Shown here: piece after piece, positions 8,433-18,337 of the stretch
Numbering within the stretch: position 1 is the stretch's first letter
Layout: each line of letters opens with the position of its first letter
NCBI GenBank assembly: GCA_039586365.1
Contig: JBDHKN010000009.1
Span: forward strand, 10,354-74,353
Source: Gemmatimonadota bacterium
Lineage (GTDB): Bacteria; Gemmatimonadota; Gemmatimonadetes; Gemmatimonadales; GWC2-71-9
Direction of reading: 5' to 3'
DNA: 64,000 nucleotides
Position numbers and translations under genes: made by a program
The notes under the pieces: generated by a model
What the model was told of the DNA's origin: nothing
Seen by the model: only the letters and a program-made list of their open reading frames with translations
The model's database searches: none

Positions 8433-8928
8433 CCTCATGGGGAAGTTGGTTGTCTGGCTGCCGTCGCCAGTCACCGTGAGTCCCGCCGGTCTTCTCCAAC
8501 AGCCGGACCCCCCCTATCTCCATCGTGTGGCCGGCTGCTTTGACCATGTCGTAAACCGTGAGTAATGCTGCCGTAACTGCAGTCAAAGCCTCCATCTCAA
8601 CCCCCGTCTTGCCTTCCGCTTTGACCTCAGCTTCAACGCGCACGCCCGCCAAGCTCCGATCCGCAACGGCAACCACTCGGACGTGATCCAGTGGCACTGG
8701 GTGGCACAGTGGAATCAGCTCACTGGTACGCTTTGCTGCGGTTACCCCGGCCAGCTCCGCTGTCGTCAGTACGTGACCCTTGGGTCCTGAGTTCTCCTCG
8801 ACCAGTGCCAGTGCCGCCGCGGACATTCTGATGACGCCAGTGGCCAAAGCCGTGCGGACCGACGACGGTTTTCCGCCAACATCCACCATTCTGGCCCGGC
8901 CACTCCCATCCACGTGCGAGAGGGTCAC
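8425..8928 (-). CDS. moaC: Cyclic pyranopterin monophosphate synthase MoaC
   Basis: LSHVD..GRARMVDV, AAKRTSELIPLCHP, KTGVEMEALT, YDMVKA, LLEKTGG. Confidence 0.97.
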   Translation of the reverse strand: MTLSHVDGSGRARMVDVGGKPSSVRTALATGVIRMSAAALALVEENSGPKGHVLTTAELAGVTAAKRTSELIPLCHPVPLDHVRVVAVADRSLAGVRVEAEVKAEGKTGVEMEALTAVTAALLTVYDMVKAAGHTMEIGGVRLLEKTGGTHGDWRRQPDNQLPHEER

Positions 8929-9980
8929 AACAGCCGCTCCAAATCACTGGCCAAGACGGCCATGGCTAGCTGAGGGTTGGCGTTGGCTTGGGCTTCGGCT
9001 CGGGTCTCCTCGACCCGGCGCAGTGCCGCAATGCGGTACTCCAGGTCGTTGCCCGCCAACGTGTCTGCGGCCAACCTGTCACGCAGCCTGACGGCTAGCG
9101 CCTCCAGGATTGCGGAGAAGTCACCCCTTGCCGCCCAAGGCGCCTGCGCCAGTGTACGGAGTGACCACTCACTTGCTCCACCTTCGATGGCCTTGAGCAA
9201 ATCTTCCGCAGCCCTATCCGCTTCGTTGTCACTATCCTGCGCCCATAGGGCGCGTCCGATGCTCCCGTCGGCCAAGAGTGTGCGCCGTTTCAAGGCTTCC
9301 CCCTTCATGGGGGGGTCAATTTCACGTTGGAGGAATTCCTGGACCTCGGCGTCCCCCACTCGAGTAACCCGTAGGGGCACGAGCCGCGACCGTATGGTCG
9401 GCAAGAGGCCTTGTGGCTCGGATGCGGTCAGGATTATCACGGTGTCGCTCGGCGGCTCCTCGAGCACCTTGAGCAGCGCGTTCGCCGCCTCTTGACTGGC
9501 CTCCTGGACCACGAGGCGCTCGGCATCACCGAGTACGACCACCTTGCACGGACCCTGGAACGGGGTCAATGAAACCACGCGCTGAAGCAATCTGATTGAC
9601 GCCAACGCGTGGCTGACCATGCCTTCGGCACGCCGATAGAGGGGCTGGTTGCGCCGCTCCTGCATGACCTCCGCCAACAGCTCCTTCACCTGCTCGACCT
9701 GCTTGTCGGAATCCCCGGTCTTGGGACGTGGGACCGGGACGAACCAGTGCAGGTCCGGGTGACTGAGGCGGAGTACCTGAGCACAGGCCGAACATTTACC
9801 GCACGGTTCCCCTGGTCCTGTTTGGCACAACAGTCCCTGGGCAACCCAGAGCGCCAACCTCTGCTTGCCCACGCCCGGCGCGCCAGCAAACAGCGCTGCT
9901 TGCGGGAACCGGCTGGAGGCGAGGGCGCCTGCCAGCCGGTGCAACAAGGCCGTGTGGCCGTAAATTGGCCGTAGATTCAT
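8925..9980 (-). CDS. holB: DNA polymerase III delta' subunit
   Basis: GAPGVGK, zinc module C..(EP)CGKCSAC, HPDL, AANALLKVLEEP, LLPTIRSR. Confidence 0.92.
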   Translation of the reverse strand: MNLRPIYGHTALLHRLAGALASSRFPQAALFAGAPGVGKQRLALWVAQGLLCQTGPGEPCGKCSACAQVLRLSHPDLHWFVPVPRPKTGDSDKQVEQVKELLAEVMQERRNQPLYRRAEGMVSHALASIRLLQRVVSLTPFQGPCKVVVLGDAERLVVQEASQEAANALLKVLEEPPSDTVIILTASEPQGLLPTIRSRLVPLRVTRVGDAEVQEFLQREIDPPMKGEALKRRTLLADGSIGRALWAQDSDNEADRAAEDLLKAIEGGASEWSLRTLAQAPWAARGDFSAILEALAVRLRDRLAADTLAGNDLEYRIAALRRVEETRAEAQANANPQLAMAVLASDLERLL

Positions 9981-10314
9981 CGGTCCCTAATCTAGTGACC
10001 CTGGGTTTTTCGGGGTAGTGGAGGGGAGATAAATGGTTATTTGGTAAACTTTTACGCCGATTCTGCGGAGCTATGCTGGGGGTCTCGACATGGAGTGCCA
10101 ATTATGTGAGCGCTCGCTCATTTGCTGTAGTTCGGTAAGGCTACACTGCCAAGAATAGCGAAGCCAGATCTTGTAGTGACTCTATGCCAGCGCCATGAAG
10201 GTGACTTGACGGTGGCGGCATTGTGAAATGCTCTCTGCAGCACCCCGGTCCCCTATTGTACCAGTCTGGCGGGCAGACATATTTGCACCGTACGCTGGAA
10301 AATGGGGGTTGATT

Positions 10315-12027
10315 GTGAGATCCAAGTTGCTAGGCCAGGCAGCTGTTATCCTCTTCAACGGTGCGCTGGCAGGTTGTGTGTGTATCTCTGCATGTGGAGG
10401 TGCCGACGTGGCAGATCTGGCATTGACGGGAGGTTTGGTCTGGGAGGGGACGGCGCCTGTGCCGTCTGATGCCGCTGAGCCTACGGCAATAGCCATTGCT
10501 GATGGCAGAGTTATGGCTGTTGGCACAGATGCCGAAATTGGGGCGTTGGTCGGCCCCGACACACGACGCATCGAGCTGGCGGGTCGGAGGGTGGTGCCCG
10601 GATTCATGGACGCCCACACCCACTTCCTCGACGGGGGTTTTACCCTCGCGGGTGTGCAACTCAGGGATGCGGCAACACCCGCCGAGTTCGCGAGCCGAAT
10701 CGGCGCATTTGCGGGGGAACACCCGGGGGCATGGGTGGTGGGCGGTACCTGGGATCATGAGCTGTGGGGTGGGGAACTCCCCCGGCGTGATTGGATAGAC
10801 TCGCTGACTTCGGAGACGCCCGTGTTCGTTGCCAGGCTTGACGGCCATATGAGCTTGGCAAACAGCAAGGCCCTTGCGGTGGCAGGGATTACGGCCGCCA
10901 CGGTAGATCCGCCTGGAGGGACTGTGGTGCGCTATGGGGATGGCCGGCCCACTGGGATTCTCAAAGACGCTGCCCAGGATCTCGTTGCTCGAGTGATCCC
11001 GGACCGTAAAGAGGCGGAGCTGGATCGAGCTCTGGATGCAGCGGCGGAGCATGCGCTAGCCCGAGGCGTGACCTTCGTGGCAGATATGGGGACGTGGGAG
11101 GGATTAGAGGCCTATCGCCGCGCAAAGGAGCGCGGGAACCTTCCACTGCGTGTGTATGCAGTTGTGCCGCTAGTGACGGAGCAGCGCCTCAAGCAGTTCG
11201 TCGACCAACACGGGAGGGGTGACGACCGGCTGTTCTGGGGAGGTCTCAAGGCCTTTGTGGACGGCTCGCTCGGTTCCACGACAGCATGGTTCTACGAGCC
11301 CTATGAAGACGAGCCGAGCACGACGGGATTGCTGGTGACCGATACTGCGAACCTGCGAGAGGGAATGATCGCAGGCGACCGTGACGGGTTCCAGCTAATC
11401 GTGCACGCCATCGGTGATCGAGCCAACGATTGGCTGTTGGACGCTTATGCCGCGACCAGAGCGGCCAATGGAGAGCGGGACCGACGCCCACGGATTGAGC
11501 ATGCGCAGCATCTCAGCAGGGACGCGATCACGCGCTTTGCTGAACTGGGTGTGGTCCCGTCTATGCAACCGTATCACGCTATCGACGACGGGCGCTGGGC
11601 CGAGAAGCGGATCGGTCCGGAGCGAATCAAGACGACATATGCGTTCCGCGATCTGCTGGACGCGCATGCTTCGCTTGCCTTCGGCAGCGATTGGACCGTT
11701 GCCCCGATCGATCCGTTGCTCGGCATCTATGCTGCTGTAACAAGACGGACCACAGATGGAGTGACTCCCCAAGGATGGGTCCCCGAGCAGAAGATAGCGG
11801 TCGCCGAGGCCGTGAAGGCCTACACCACTGGTACTGCGTACTCGGTGTATCTGGAGGATGTGTTGGGCACGCTGGAGCCCGGCAAGCACGCCGACTTGGT
11901 TGTTCTGTCTGACGACATCTTCGCGATCGACCCAGCTGGGATCGAGGCCGTGAAGGTAGACCTGACACTTGTGGCAGGGGAGGTAATGTATGAACGGGAA
12001 GCGGGGAGCGGGGGGCCGGAGTCCTAG
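10315..12027 (+). CDS. Amidohydrolase family 3 (YtcJ-like), possible lipoprotein
   Basis: PGFMDAHTH, RLDGH, KAFVDGSLGS, HAIGDRA, RIEHAQ, GSDW. GTG at 10315 chosen because it gives a signal peptide ending ISAC. The ORF is open from 10228. Confidence 0.9.
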   Translation: MRSKLLGQAAVILFNGALAGCVCISACGGADVADLALTGGLVWEGTAPVPSDAAEPTAIAIADGRVMAVGTDAEIGALVGPDTRRIELAGRRVVPGFMDAHTHFLDGGFTLAGVQLRDAATPAEFASRIGAFAGEHPGAWVVGGTWDHELWGGELPRRDWIDSLTSETPVFVARLDGHMSLANSKALAVAGITAATVDPPGGTVVRYGDGRPTGILKDAAQDLVARVIPDRKEAELDRALDAAAEHALARGVTFVADMGTWEGLEAYRRAKERGNLPLRVYAVVPLVTEQRLKQFVDQHGRGDDRLFWGGLKAFVDGSLGSTTAWFYEPYEDEPSTTGLLVTDTANLREGMIAGDRDGFQLIVHAIGDRANDWLLDAYAATRAANGERDRRPRIEHAQHLSRDAITRFAELGVVPSMQPYHAIDDGRWAEKRIGPERIKTTYAFRDLLDAHASLAFGSDWTVAPIDPLLGIYAAVTRRTTDGVTPQGWVPEQKIAVAEAVKAYTTGTAYSVYLEDVLGTLEPGKHADLVVLSDDIFAIDPAGIEAVKVDLTLVAGEVMYEREAGSGGPES

Positions 12028-12187
12028 GAAGCTAGCCGCGGAGATGCTGAAGGGGGGGCACTACGTTACCGGGCCACTTCGTGTGGCTGTTTGGCCCCGA
12101 AAGCGCTGACGGCTGATAGTTGATCACCGCCTTTTCCCCAACCGCCGCCATCGGTACAATTCGCTGCCGACTTCCGATAGATGTGAA

Positions 12188-14263
12188 ATGACACGAGCCG
12201 AGACTGCAGTGCAGTCCGGGCCTCGACCGCCCGGAGACTTGAATCCACGACGGGATCCTCCACTGGACTTTCCCGACGCGGATTATGGGGAGCTCTCAGT
12301 TGCCGACTACCAAGCGCTGGGATTCATGGCTGGCCTCGAGGTGCATCAACAGCTGGTGACTCGCTCCAAGCTGTTTTGCCGCTGCCCGGCCGGACGCAGG
12401 GCGAAGGTATATGATGCGGAGGTACTCCGGCATATGCGCCCGACCTTGAGTGAACTCGGCGAATATGATGGTACCGCGCTCATGGAATTCAAGACGCGGA
12501 AGGAGATCGTTTACCAGCTGGAACGTGGATCCGTGTGTACCTATGAGATGGACGACACACCTCCATTTGAGGTGGATCAGGAGGCTGTGCGGGCCGCCCT
12601 CGAAATAGCACAGCTCCTTGATCTGAATCTGGTTTCCGAGTTGCATGTGATGCGGAAGCAGTATCTGGACGGCTCGATCCCCACCGGATTCCAGCGCACT
12701 GCGATGGTCGGGCTGAACGGAACAATTCCGTTCAAGGTCCCGGAACTCGGTGTGAACCGGGAGCTGCACATCCGACAACTCTCCTTGGAAGAAGACTCGT
12801 GCCGCGAAGTAACCGACATTGGTCACCGAATCACCTTTCACACTGATCGGCTGGGAACGCCACTCACGGAGACGGTCACCGAGCCGGAATTGTACACTCC
12901 TTTGGAGTTGCAGGCAGCGGGGCGGTGGTTAGCCCAGATTGCGCAGGCTACGCGCAAGGTGCGCCGAGGACCTGGTGCTGCGCGACAGGATGTAAACGTC
13001 TCGGTAGCAGGTGGTCGCCGCGTGGAGATAAAGGGCGTGGACAACCATCGGGGGTTGCCCCAGCTAGTGCACATCGAAGCGTTTCGCCAATTGAACTTGC
13101 TCCGCCTCCGCGCTGAACTCCACCGCCGCGGCGTCGTCAAGGAACTGCTCGATGTACCGGCCGTCGGCTGGCCGTGGGAGGAATCCGCGAACGTCGTCGA
13201 CGCTGGGGCCGCACTCTTGGACTGTGATTTCGCTCCTATCCAGCAGGCTTTGGAACGAGGAGAGAAGATATGTGCAGTGAGATTGCCGGGGTTCGGTGGA
13301 TTGCTGGCCCGCCGGACCCAACCTGGCACATCGTTCGCACGTGAGTTCGCGGACCGGATCCGAGTGATCGCATGCCCGGAGCACCGACCGTTCCTGATCC
13401 ACTCAGATCTCACGGATTACGGGCTGGATCCGCGGCAGTGGCGCGCCCTCGGCAAACAACTGAAGAGTGAGCCCGGTGACGCACTCATCGTGGTCTGGGC
13501 TCCGGAGCAGGATGCAGCGACGGCAGTGCGGGAACTTTTCATTCGCGCCCAAGACGCACTCGTGGGCATCCCAGCCGAGACGCGGCAGGCATTTAGTGAT
13601 GGTACGAACGGCTTTGAGCGCATCTTGCCCGGTCCTGACCGGATGTACCCCGATACGGACACTCCGCCACTGCCCATAGCGGACGCGCTAGTGGCGGAGA
13701 TAGAGGCGCTGCTGCCTGAGGCACCTTGGCAGCGGGAAGAGCGCTACCTCGAACTCGGTCTCGACGCGCGTACAGCACGGCGGTTGGTTGACTCCTGGTG
13801 GGCCGACCTGTTCGACGAGTTGGAGCCGCCGGCGGGGGACGTGGCTCGCAGGATAGCAACCGCCCTCGAAAAGCGGCTCCCGTATCATCGCCGAAAAGGA
13901 CGGCTCGAGGGTATCCGGGCGGCCAGGCGTCTGGCCCCACTGATTCACGCACTTGAGTCGGGCGAGCTAAGGCTCGAAGCAACGGAACGTGTCCTGGATA
14001 TGCTGTTCGAGCGAAGCGACATATCTGCCGACGGGGTACTCGACCAGTACTATACACGACTGCACGATCCGGCCGAACTGCAGCAACTGCTTGCCCAGAT
14101 CATCAATGATGCCGAGGAGCTGGCTGGAAAGCCCTTTGACGCAGTCGTGCGGTGGGCGACAGGGAGGGTGATACCTCGCTTCTTGGGTCGGCTGGACCCT
14201 GATGCATTGGTGGGTCAATTGCTCGCAGCGCTGCGTGAGAAGGTGGTGGAGGTGGGGACATGA
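12188..14263 (+). CDS. gatE: Glutamyl-tRNA(Gln) amidotransferase subunit E (archaeal type)
   Basis: GLEVHQQL...KLFCRCP, MRPTLSELGEYD, MRKQYLDGSIPTGFQRT, LEEDSCR, DRLGTPL.E, RRG.G..RQDVNVS, an AspRS-like insertion, and RILPGPDRMYPDTD. Confidence 0.93.
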   Translation: MTRAETAVQSGPRPPGDLNPRRDPPLDFPDADYGELSVADYQALGFMAGLEVHQQLVTRSKLFCRCPAGRRAKVYDAEVLRHMRPTLSELGEYDGTALMEFKTRKEIVYQLERGSVCTYEMDDTPPFEVDQEAVRAALEIAQLLDLNLVSELHVMRKQYLDGSIPTGFQRTAMVGLNGTIPFKVPELGVNRELHIRQLSLEEDSCREVTDIGHRITFHTDRLGTPLTETVTEPELYTPLELQAAGRWLAQIAQATRKVRRGPGAARQDVNVSVAGGRRVEIKGVDNHRGLPQLVHIEAFRQLNLLRLRAELHRRGVVKELLDVPAVGWPWEESANVVDAGAALLDCDFAPIQQALERGEKICAVRLPGFGGLLARRTQPGTSFAREFADRIRVIACPEHRPFLIHSDLTDYGLDPRQWRALGKQLKSEPGDALIVVWAPEQDAATAVRELFIRAQDALVGIPAETRQAFSDGTNGFERILPGPDRMYPDTDTPPLPIADALVAEIEALLPEAPWQREERYLELGLDARTARRLVDSWWADLFDELEPPAGDVARRIATALEKRLPYHRRKGRLEGIRAARRLAPLIHALESGELRLEATERVLDMLFERSDISADGVLDQYYTRLHDPAELQQLLAQIINDAEELAGKPFDAVVRWATGRVIPRFLGRLDPDALVGQLLAALREKVVEVGT

Positions 14264-15654
14264 GTGACGCCGACGATCGCTACAAGGGCTATCGTGGTCC
14301 GTGCGTCGAGCTCATGAAGCAGTACGGCGTAACAGTGTGGAGCGAAGTCAGGGCGCGGACCACTCGAGGGGACTTCGAGGGTCTGCTGTTGCCCCGGTCA
14401 GAGACCAGTGACGCTGAGCATTTAGTGCTCAAGCTCATCAGCGGCTACAATGTGGGCCTGCGCCATGACACGATTGTGTCAATGGAAAAGTGGGGGTATC
14501 GCGAGGCTCACTACAAGATACCTGAGAAAGAGTTCCCTGCCGATCCAGTGAATCCGAAGGTGAAGCTGCTAGGTACCGGAGGGACCATCGCCTCGAGGCT
14601 CGACTACCGCACCGGGGCGGTCATTCCCGCATTCAGTCCTGGAGAACTGTATGGCTCGGTACCGGAGCTCGCCGACATCTGCAATCTCGAGACCGAGAAA
14701 CTGTTCGGTGTGTTCTCCGAGAACATGGGACCCGAACAGTATCTGATCCTGGCGCAGAAGGTAGGTGAAGCAATCACTGAAGGATACGACGGAGTCGTTA
14801 TCGGCCATGGTACCGACACGATGCACCACACAGCCGCTGCGTTGAGTTTCATGGTTCAGCGACCTCCGGTACCGATCATCATGGTGGGAAGCCAGCGCTC
14901 CTCTGATCGCCCTTCCTCCGACGCGGCGCAGAACCTGATCAACGCCACCTGGGCCGCAGCTCACGGCCCGATCGCCGAAGTGCTGGTGTGCATGTTCGGG
15001 CCCACCTCTGATCGATACAACTTGCTGCACCGTGGGACTCGGGTGCGGAAGATGCACAGTTCCTACCGTAGCACCTTTCGCACAGTGGGGGACATACCTT
15101 TGGCCATGGTTGAGAAGGGGATAATAACCCCGCTAAAGAACGACTTCCAGCCGCGGCGCCGCGACACGGAAGTGGACGTCAGCGCCGTGTTCGAAGAGCG
15201 GGTCACGCTCACGTACTACTACCCGGGGATGCATTCAGATGTGATCGACTGTCTGATAGACCGAGGCTACAAGGGGATCGTCATCGCAGGAACTGGACTC
15301 GGGCACGTGAATCGCAAGATCTATCCCGCGCTGGAGCGGGCCCGCGATGCTGGTGTGCAAGTTTACATGACGTTGCAGACGTTGTGGGGTTTCGTGCAGA
15401 TGCATGTCTACGAAACCGGCCGTGAGATTCTGGGGCTCGGCGTGATTCCCCTCCAGAACATGTTGCCCGAAGTGGCTTACATCAAGCTGGGTTGGGCGTT
15501 GGGTGTTCACCCCGATGATCCCTCAGCGGTACGCAGTCTCATGCAAGCAGTTGTTGCTGGTGAGACGACTGAGAGAGAGCCGCACGACGGCTATCTGGTG
15601 TTGCAGGGCGGAGTGCCGGAAGTGCAAGAATTCCTGGAGAAGGTGTGGAGGTGA
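14260..15654 (+). CDS. gatD: Glutamyl-tRNA(Gln) amidotransferase subunit D (asparaginase-like glutaminase)
   Basis: GatD N-domain (GLLLPRSE...LKLISGYNVG), TGGTIASRLDYRTGAV, HGTDT, GSQRSSDRPSSD, KMHSS.R. ATGA overlap with gatE. Confidence 0.95.
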   Translation: MSDADDRYKGYRGPCVELMKQYGVTVWSEVRARTTRGDFEGLLLPRSETSDAEHLVLKLISGYNVGLRHDTIVSMEKWGYREAHYKIPEKEFPADPVNPKVKLLGTGGTIASRLDYRTGAVIPAFSPGELYGSVPELADICNLETEKLFGVFSENMGPEQYLILAQKVGEAITEGYDGVVIGHGTDTMHHTAAALSFMVQRPPVPIIMVGSQRSSDRPSSDAAQNLINATWAAAHGPIAEVLVCMFGPTSDRYNLLHRGTRVRKMHSSYRSTFRTVGDIPLAMVEKGIITPLKNDFQPRRRDTEVDVSAVFEERVTLTYYYPGMHSDVIDCLIDRGYKGIVIAGTGLGHVNRKIYPALERARDAGVQVYMTLQTLWGFVQMHVYETGREILGLGVIPLQNMLPEVAYIKLGWALGVHPDDPSAVRSLMQAVVAGETTEREPHDGYLVLQGGVPEVQEFLEKVWR

Positions 15655-15723
15655 GCGAGATGCGGTTAACGGAATCGCAGCTGCGCTCTGGTCAGCCACC
15701 ACCACATCCCGCCGCCCGCCTAC

Positions 15724-16821
15724 TCATCTGTGGCGCCAGATCCTCCAGCGGTCTGCAATGTTGTCGCCCTTGACCACGTAAAACTCATCGAACTGAGCAA
15801 CGGCAAGGCACGCATGGTTGGGGAGTATGCGGACCTTTGTCCCGACTGACAGGGGATAATTGACAGTGCCGTGCTCCTGGCTCACGGAGGTGACTCGAAA
15901 GTCACGCTGCAACACGCCATTCGAGTAGTCGTCGAATATCTCACCCATGGTCCGCGGCTGCGCGTCCACAGGTCCAGCATCCTTCGATAGAGCGAGCGCG
16001 CCGGCGTCAATGACGCAGTGTCCCATGCCTGGTTGGGTCGATACTACGCTTGCCAGAACGGTGACGGCACAATCCGGCACCGAACACGATCCGATCACTG
16101 TCTGGTTGTGATCATACAGGGCGTAGTTGCCTGGTCTCACCTCGGTAACACCGTGCAAGTGTTCGACAGAGCTCATCGCCGGTGTGGACCCGACACTGAT
16201 GTTCGACACATCGATTGCTCCGTCTCTCCTGAGCCGGTCCGCAAACTCCACCATTATCAGCCGCTCTTGCTCGGCGACCTGCTTCAGCGCATCTCTTCCG
16301 CGTGCCTGGTAAGAATGTCCCGAGTGCGTCAGAATTCCGTCGAATGTGAGCGTCGGAGACTCGAACAGCTCGCGTGCCAACGTGAGGGCGACTTCGCTTG
16401 TCGGATCCACTCCGGCTCTATGATAGCCGCAATCGACCTTGATCCAGACGTGAAACGGATAGCCAGTGCTTTGAAGCCGACAAAGGGCGTCAGGTGTGTC
16501 CACAACGAGCCGCAGCGTGAGGCGCTCAGCCAGGTGCTTTGCCTCATCGATTCGGCTCAGGACCACCGGGAACGCCCAAGTGATGTCAGCAAACCCGTGA
16601 TCAGCGAATATGCGTGCTTCTTCCAGCGTGGCTACTGTGATGCCACTTGCGCCGAGTGACTGCTGCATCCGTCCGATCTCGATGCACTTATGGCTCTTGA
16701 TATGGGGACGTAGAGCCACACCCAGCTCACGGCTCCGGGCTGCCATTGTCCCCAGATTGGACTCGAGCTTATCGAGATCGAGGAGCAACGCTGGTGTGGC
16801 TAGCTCTGCGATCTCGGTCAT
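15724..16821 (-). CDS. PLP fold-type III enzyme, D-serine dehydratase / D-threonine aldolase (DSD1) family
   Basis: TPALLLD, LRPHIKSHK (PLP Lys), GSTP, RPGNY, SQEHG, PNHAC metal site. Confidence 0.88.
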   Translation of the reverse strand: MTEIAELATPALLLDLDKLESNLGTMAARSRELGVALRPHIKSHKCIEIGRMQQSLGASGITVATLEEARIFADHGFADITWAFPVVLSRIDEAKHLAERLTLRLVVDTPDALCRLQSTGYPFHVWIKVDCGYHRAGVDPTSEVALTLARELFESPTLTFDGILTHSGHSYQARGRDALKQVAEQERLIMVEFADRLRRDGAIDVSNISVGSTPAMSSVEHLHGVTEVRPGNYALYDHNQTVIGSCSVPDCAVTVLASVVSTQPGMGHCVIDAGALALSKDAGPVDAQPRTMGEIFDDYSNGVLQRDFRVTSVSQEHGTVNYPLSVGTKVRILPNHACLAVAQFDEFYVVKGDNIADRWRIWRHR

Positions 16822-18174
16822 CTACCGCACGAGGTGGAACTCTGTCTGACGCCGCTTGATCCAGCGCATGGTCCCTTCAGCGGTCACTTCCGCGTCTTCT
16901 TCCAGCGCCATGCGGACGTTCTGGTCATCCCATTCGGCAACGGGAGTCGTCGCCTGCAACTCGATGGAGAACCAGGTGTTAGGGCGGACCAGCACGTCGC
17001 CGCGGCCAGGGACACCTTCCTGTCGGTCCCACAGGCCGATCAGTGGACCGGAACCATGCCCATGGTCACCAACCGGGTGGCTGTAAACCGACCCGTTTAT
17101 GCCGGCCTCACGCATCTTCGCCAGCGCCGAGTGCAGCACCTCGTTTCCGCTACGGCTCGTCCGCATCTCCTGCATCACGATGTCCTGCAGCTGGTTGCCC
17201 GCCGCCAGTGCGTCCTTCAGGCCCTGGGGTGCGTCCGTCTCCCCCACCCGCAGCACATATGCCATGTGCTGCGTGTCGGTATTGAGTCCCAGGGCAGTGA
17301 TACCGATGTCGCAATGCAGCACGTCGCCCTGCTGGATTACCGGTGGCTGTTCATCCGGTCCTCCGCCGCGCCGCTGCAAATCAACTGAAGGCTGGAACCA
17401 GGTGCCCAACCCCAGATCGTTGATCCGCTGCCGCATCCACCAGACCACATCCTCGGTCGTCGTCTCGCCAGGAGTTATGACGTCGCTGGAGAACGCCGTG
17501 GCGATGATTTCCCACACGATGTCCTGCATGCGCCGGTATGTGGGTAGCATCCCGGGTACGCGGACGTAGAGGTAATCGACTGCCAGTCCTTCGGCGTGGA
17601 CGATACGGCTCACAAGCTCTGGGCCGAGGGCATCCTGCATCTGAGCCCACTCGCCCGCCGTCAGGCCGTCTGCAAAAGCGTGGGTCTCTGATATGTTCAC
17701 GGCTATGACGTTGGGGTCTCTCTCACGAACCATATCCGCGAACAGATCCCACTGCTCACGTCCCCAGAGTTCCTGCTGTTGGCCGTCTGGGGTCGCCTTC
17801 GTACCTCTTACAGCCTCGTAGAGACCACCCTGACTGGAGCCACCCAAGGCGATTCGCTCAACTCCTTGCTCTGGCCCGCGGTCATAGAACAGGTATATGG
17901 TGCGTCTGCGCGCAGCAAAACTCTCGGGCGCGACCAAGCCGCGAAAGACTGGGTCTTCGTTGTATTCCCGCATGGCCAGCACCCACATGTCCACCCCGTA
18001 CTCGCGCATCAGGTTGGGGAGCACCGATTCGAGTCTATCCTTGAGCCACTCCTGCTGTAGTTTCGCCTGTTCACGCAATGTTCCCAGGGGATGCTGGGGT
18101 TGCGGCGCCTGGGCAAGCGCCGGCGAAGTCACCATCATGATCGCGAGCGCGAATTGGTGGATCGTCTTCTTCAT
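16822..18174 (-). CDS. Secreted M24-family (Xaa-Pro aminopeptidase-like) peptidase
   Basis: Signal peptide MKKT...PALA-Q. Metal ligands in HCDIG...TDTQH, YSHPVGDHGHG, SIE and LEED. Confidence 0.85.
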   Translation of the reverse strand: MKKTIHQFALAIMMVTSPALAQAPQPQHPLGTLREQAKLQQEWLKDRLESVLPNLMREYGVDMWVLAMREYNEDPVFRGLVAPESFAARRRTIYLFYDRGPEQGVERIALGGSSQGGLYEAVRGTKATPDGQQQELWGREQWDLFADMVRERDPNVIAVNISETHAFADGLTAGEWAQMQDALGPELVSRIVHAEGLAVDYLYVRVPGMLPTYRRMQDIVWEIIATAFSSDVITPGETTTEDVVWWMRQRINDLGLGTWFQPSVDLQRRGGGPDEQPPVIQQGDVLHCDIGITALGLNTDTQHMAYVLRVGETDAPQGLKDALAAGNQLQDIVMQEMRTSRSGNEVLHSALAKMREAGINGSVYSHPVGDHGHGSGPLIGLWDRQEGVPGRGDVLVRPNTWFSIELQATTPVAEWDDQNVRMALEEDAEVTAEGTMRWIKRRQTEFHLVR

Positions 18175-18337
18175 CGGTTCATCCTTTTCAAGACGCAATG
18201 AATTGCAGATCTTCAGCGGGATTCCTGGCGCTTAAGGTACCCTCAAGAGTGCCGATCCACTACGGCTGCCGCGCCAAATCCGTGGATTGAAGATTGGGTT
18301 GCAGGTGTCTTCCAAACGAGAGGATTTGATCGCAACA

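Noticed and set aside
10093..10101. GAGTGCCAA as a CIRCE (HrcA) element
   Set aside because: Only one half-site. The matching TT(A/G)GCACTC 9 nt upstream is absent, and no chaperone gene is adjacent.
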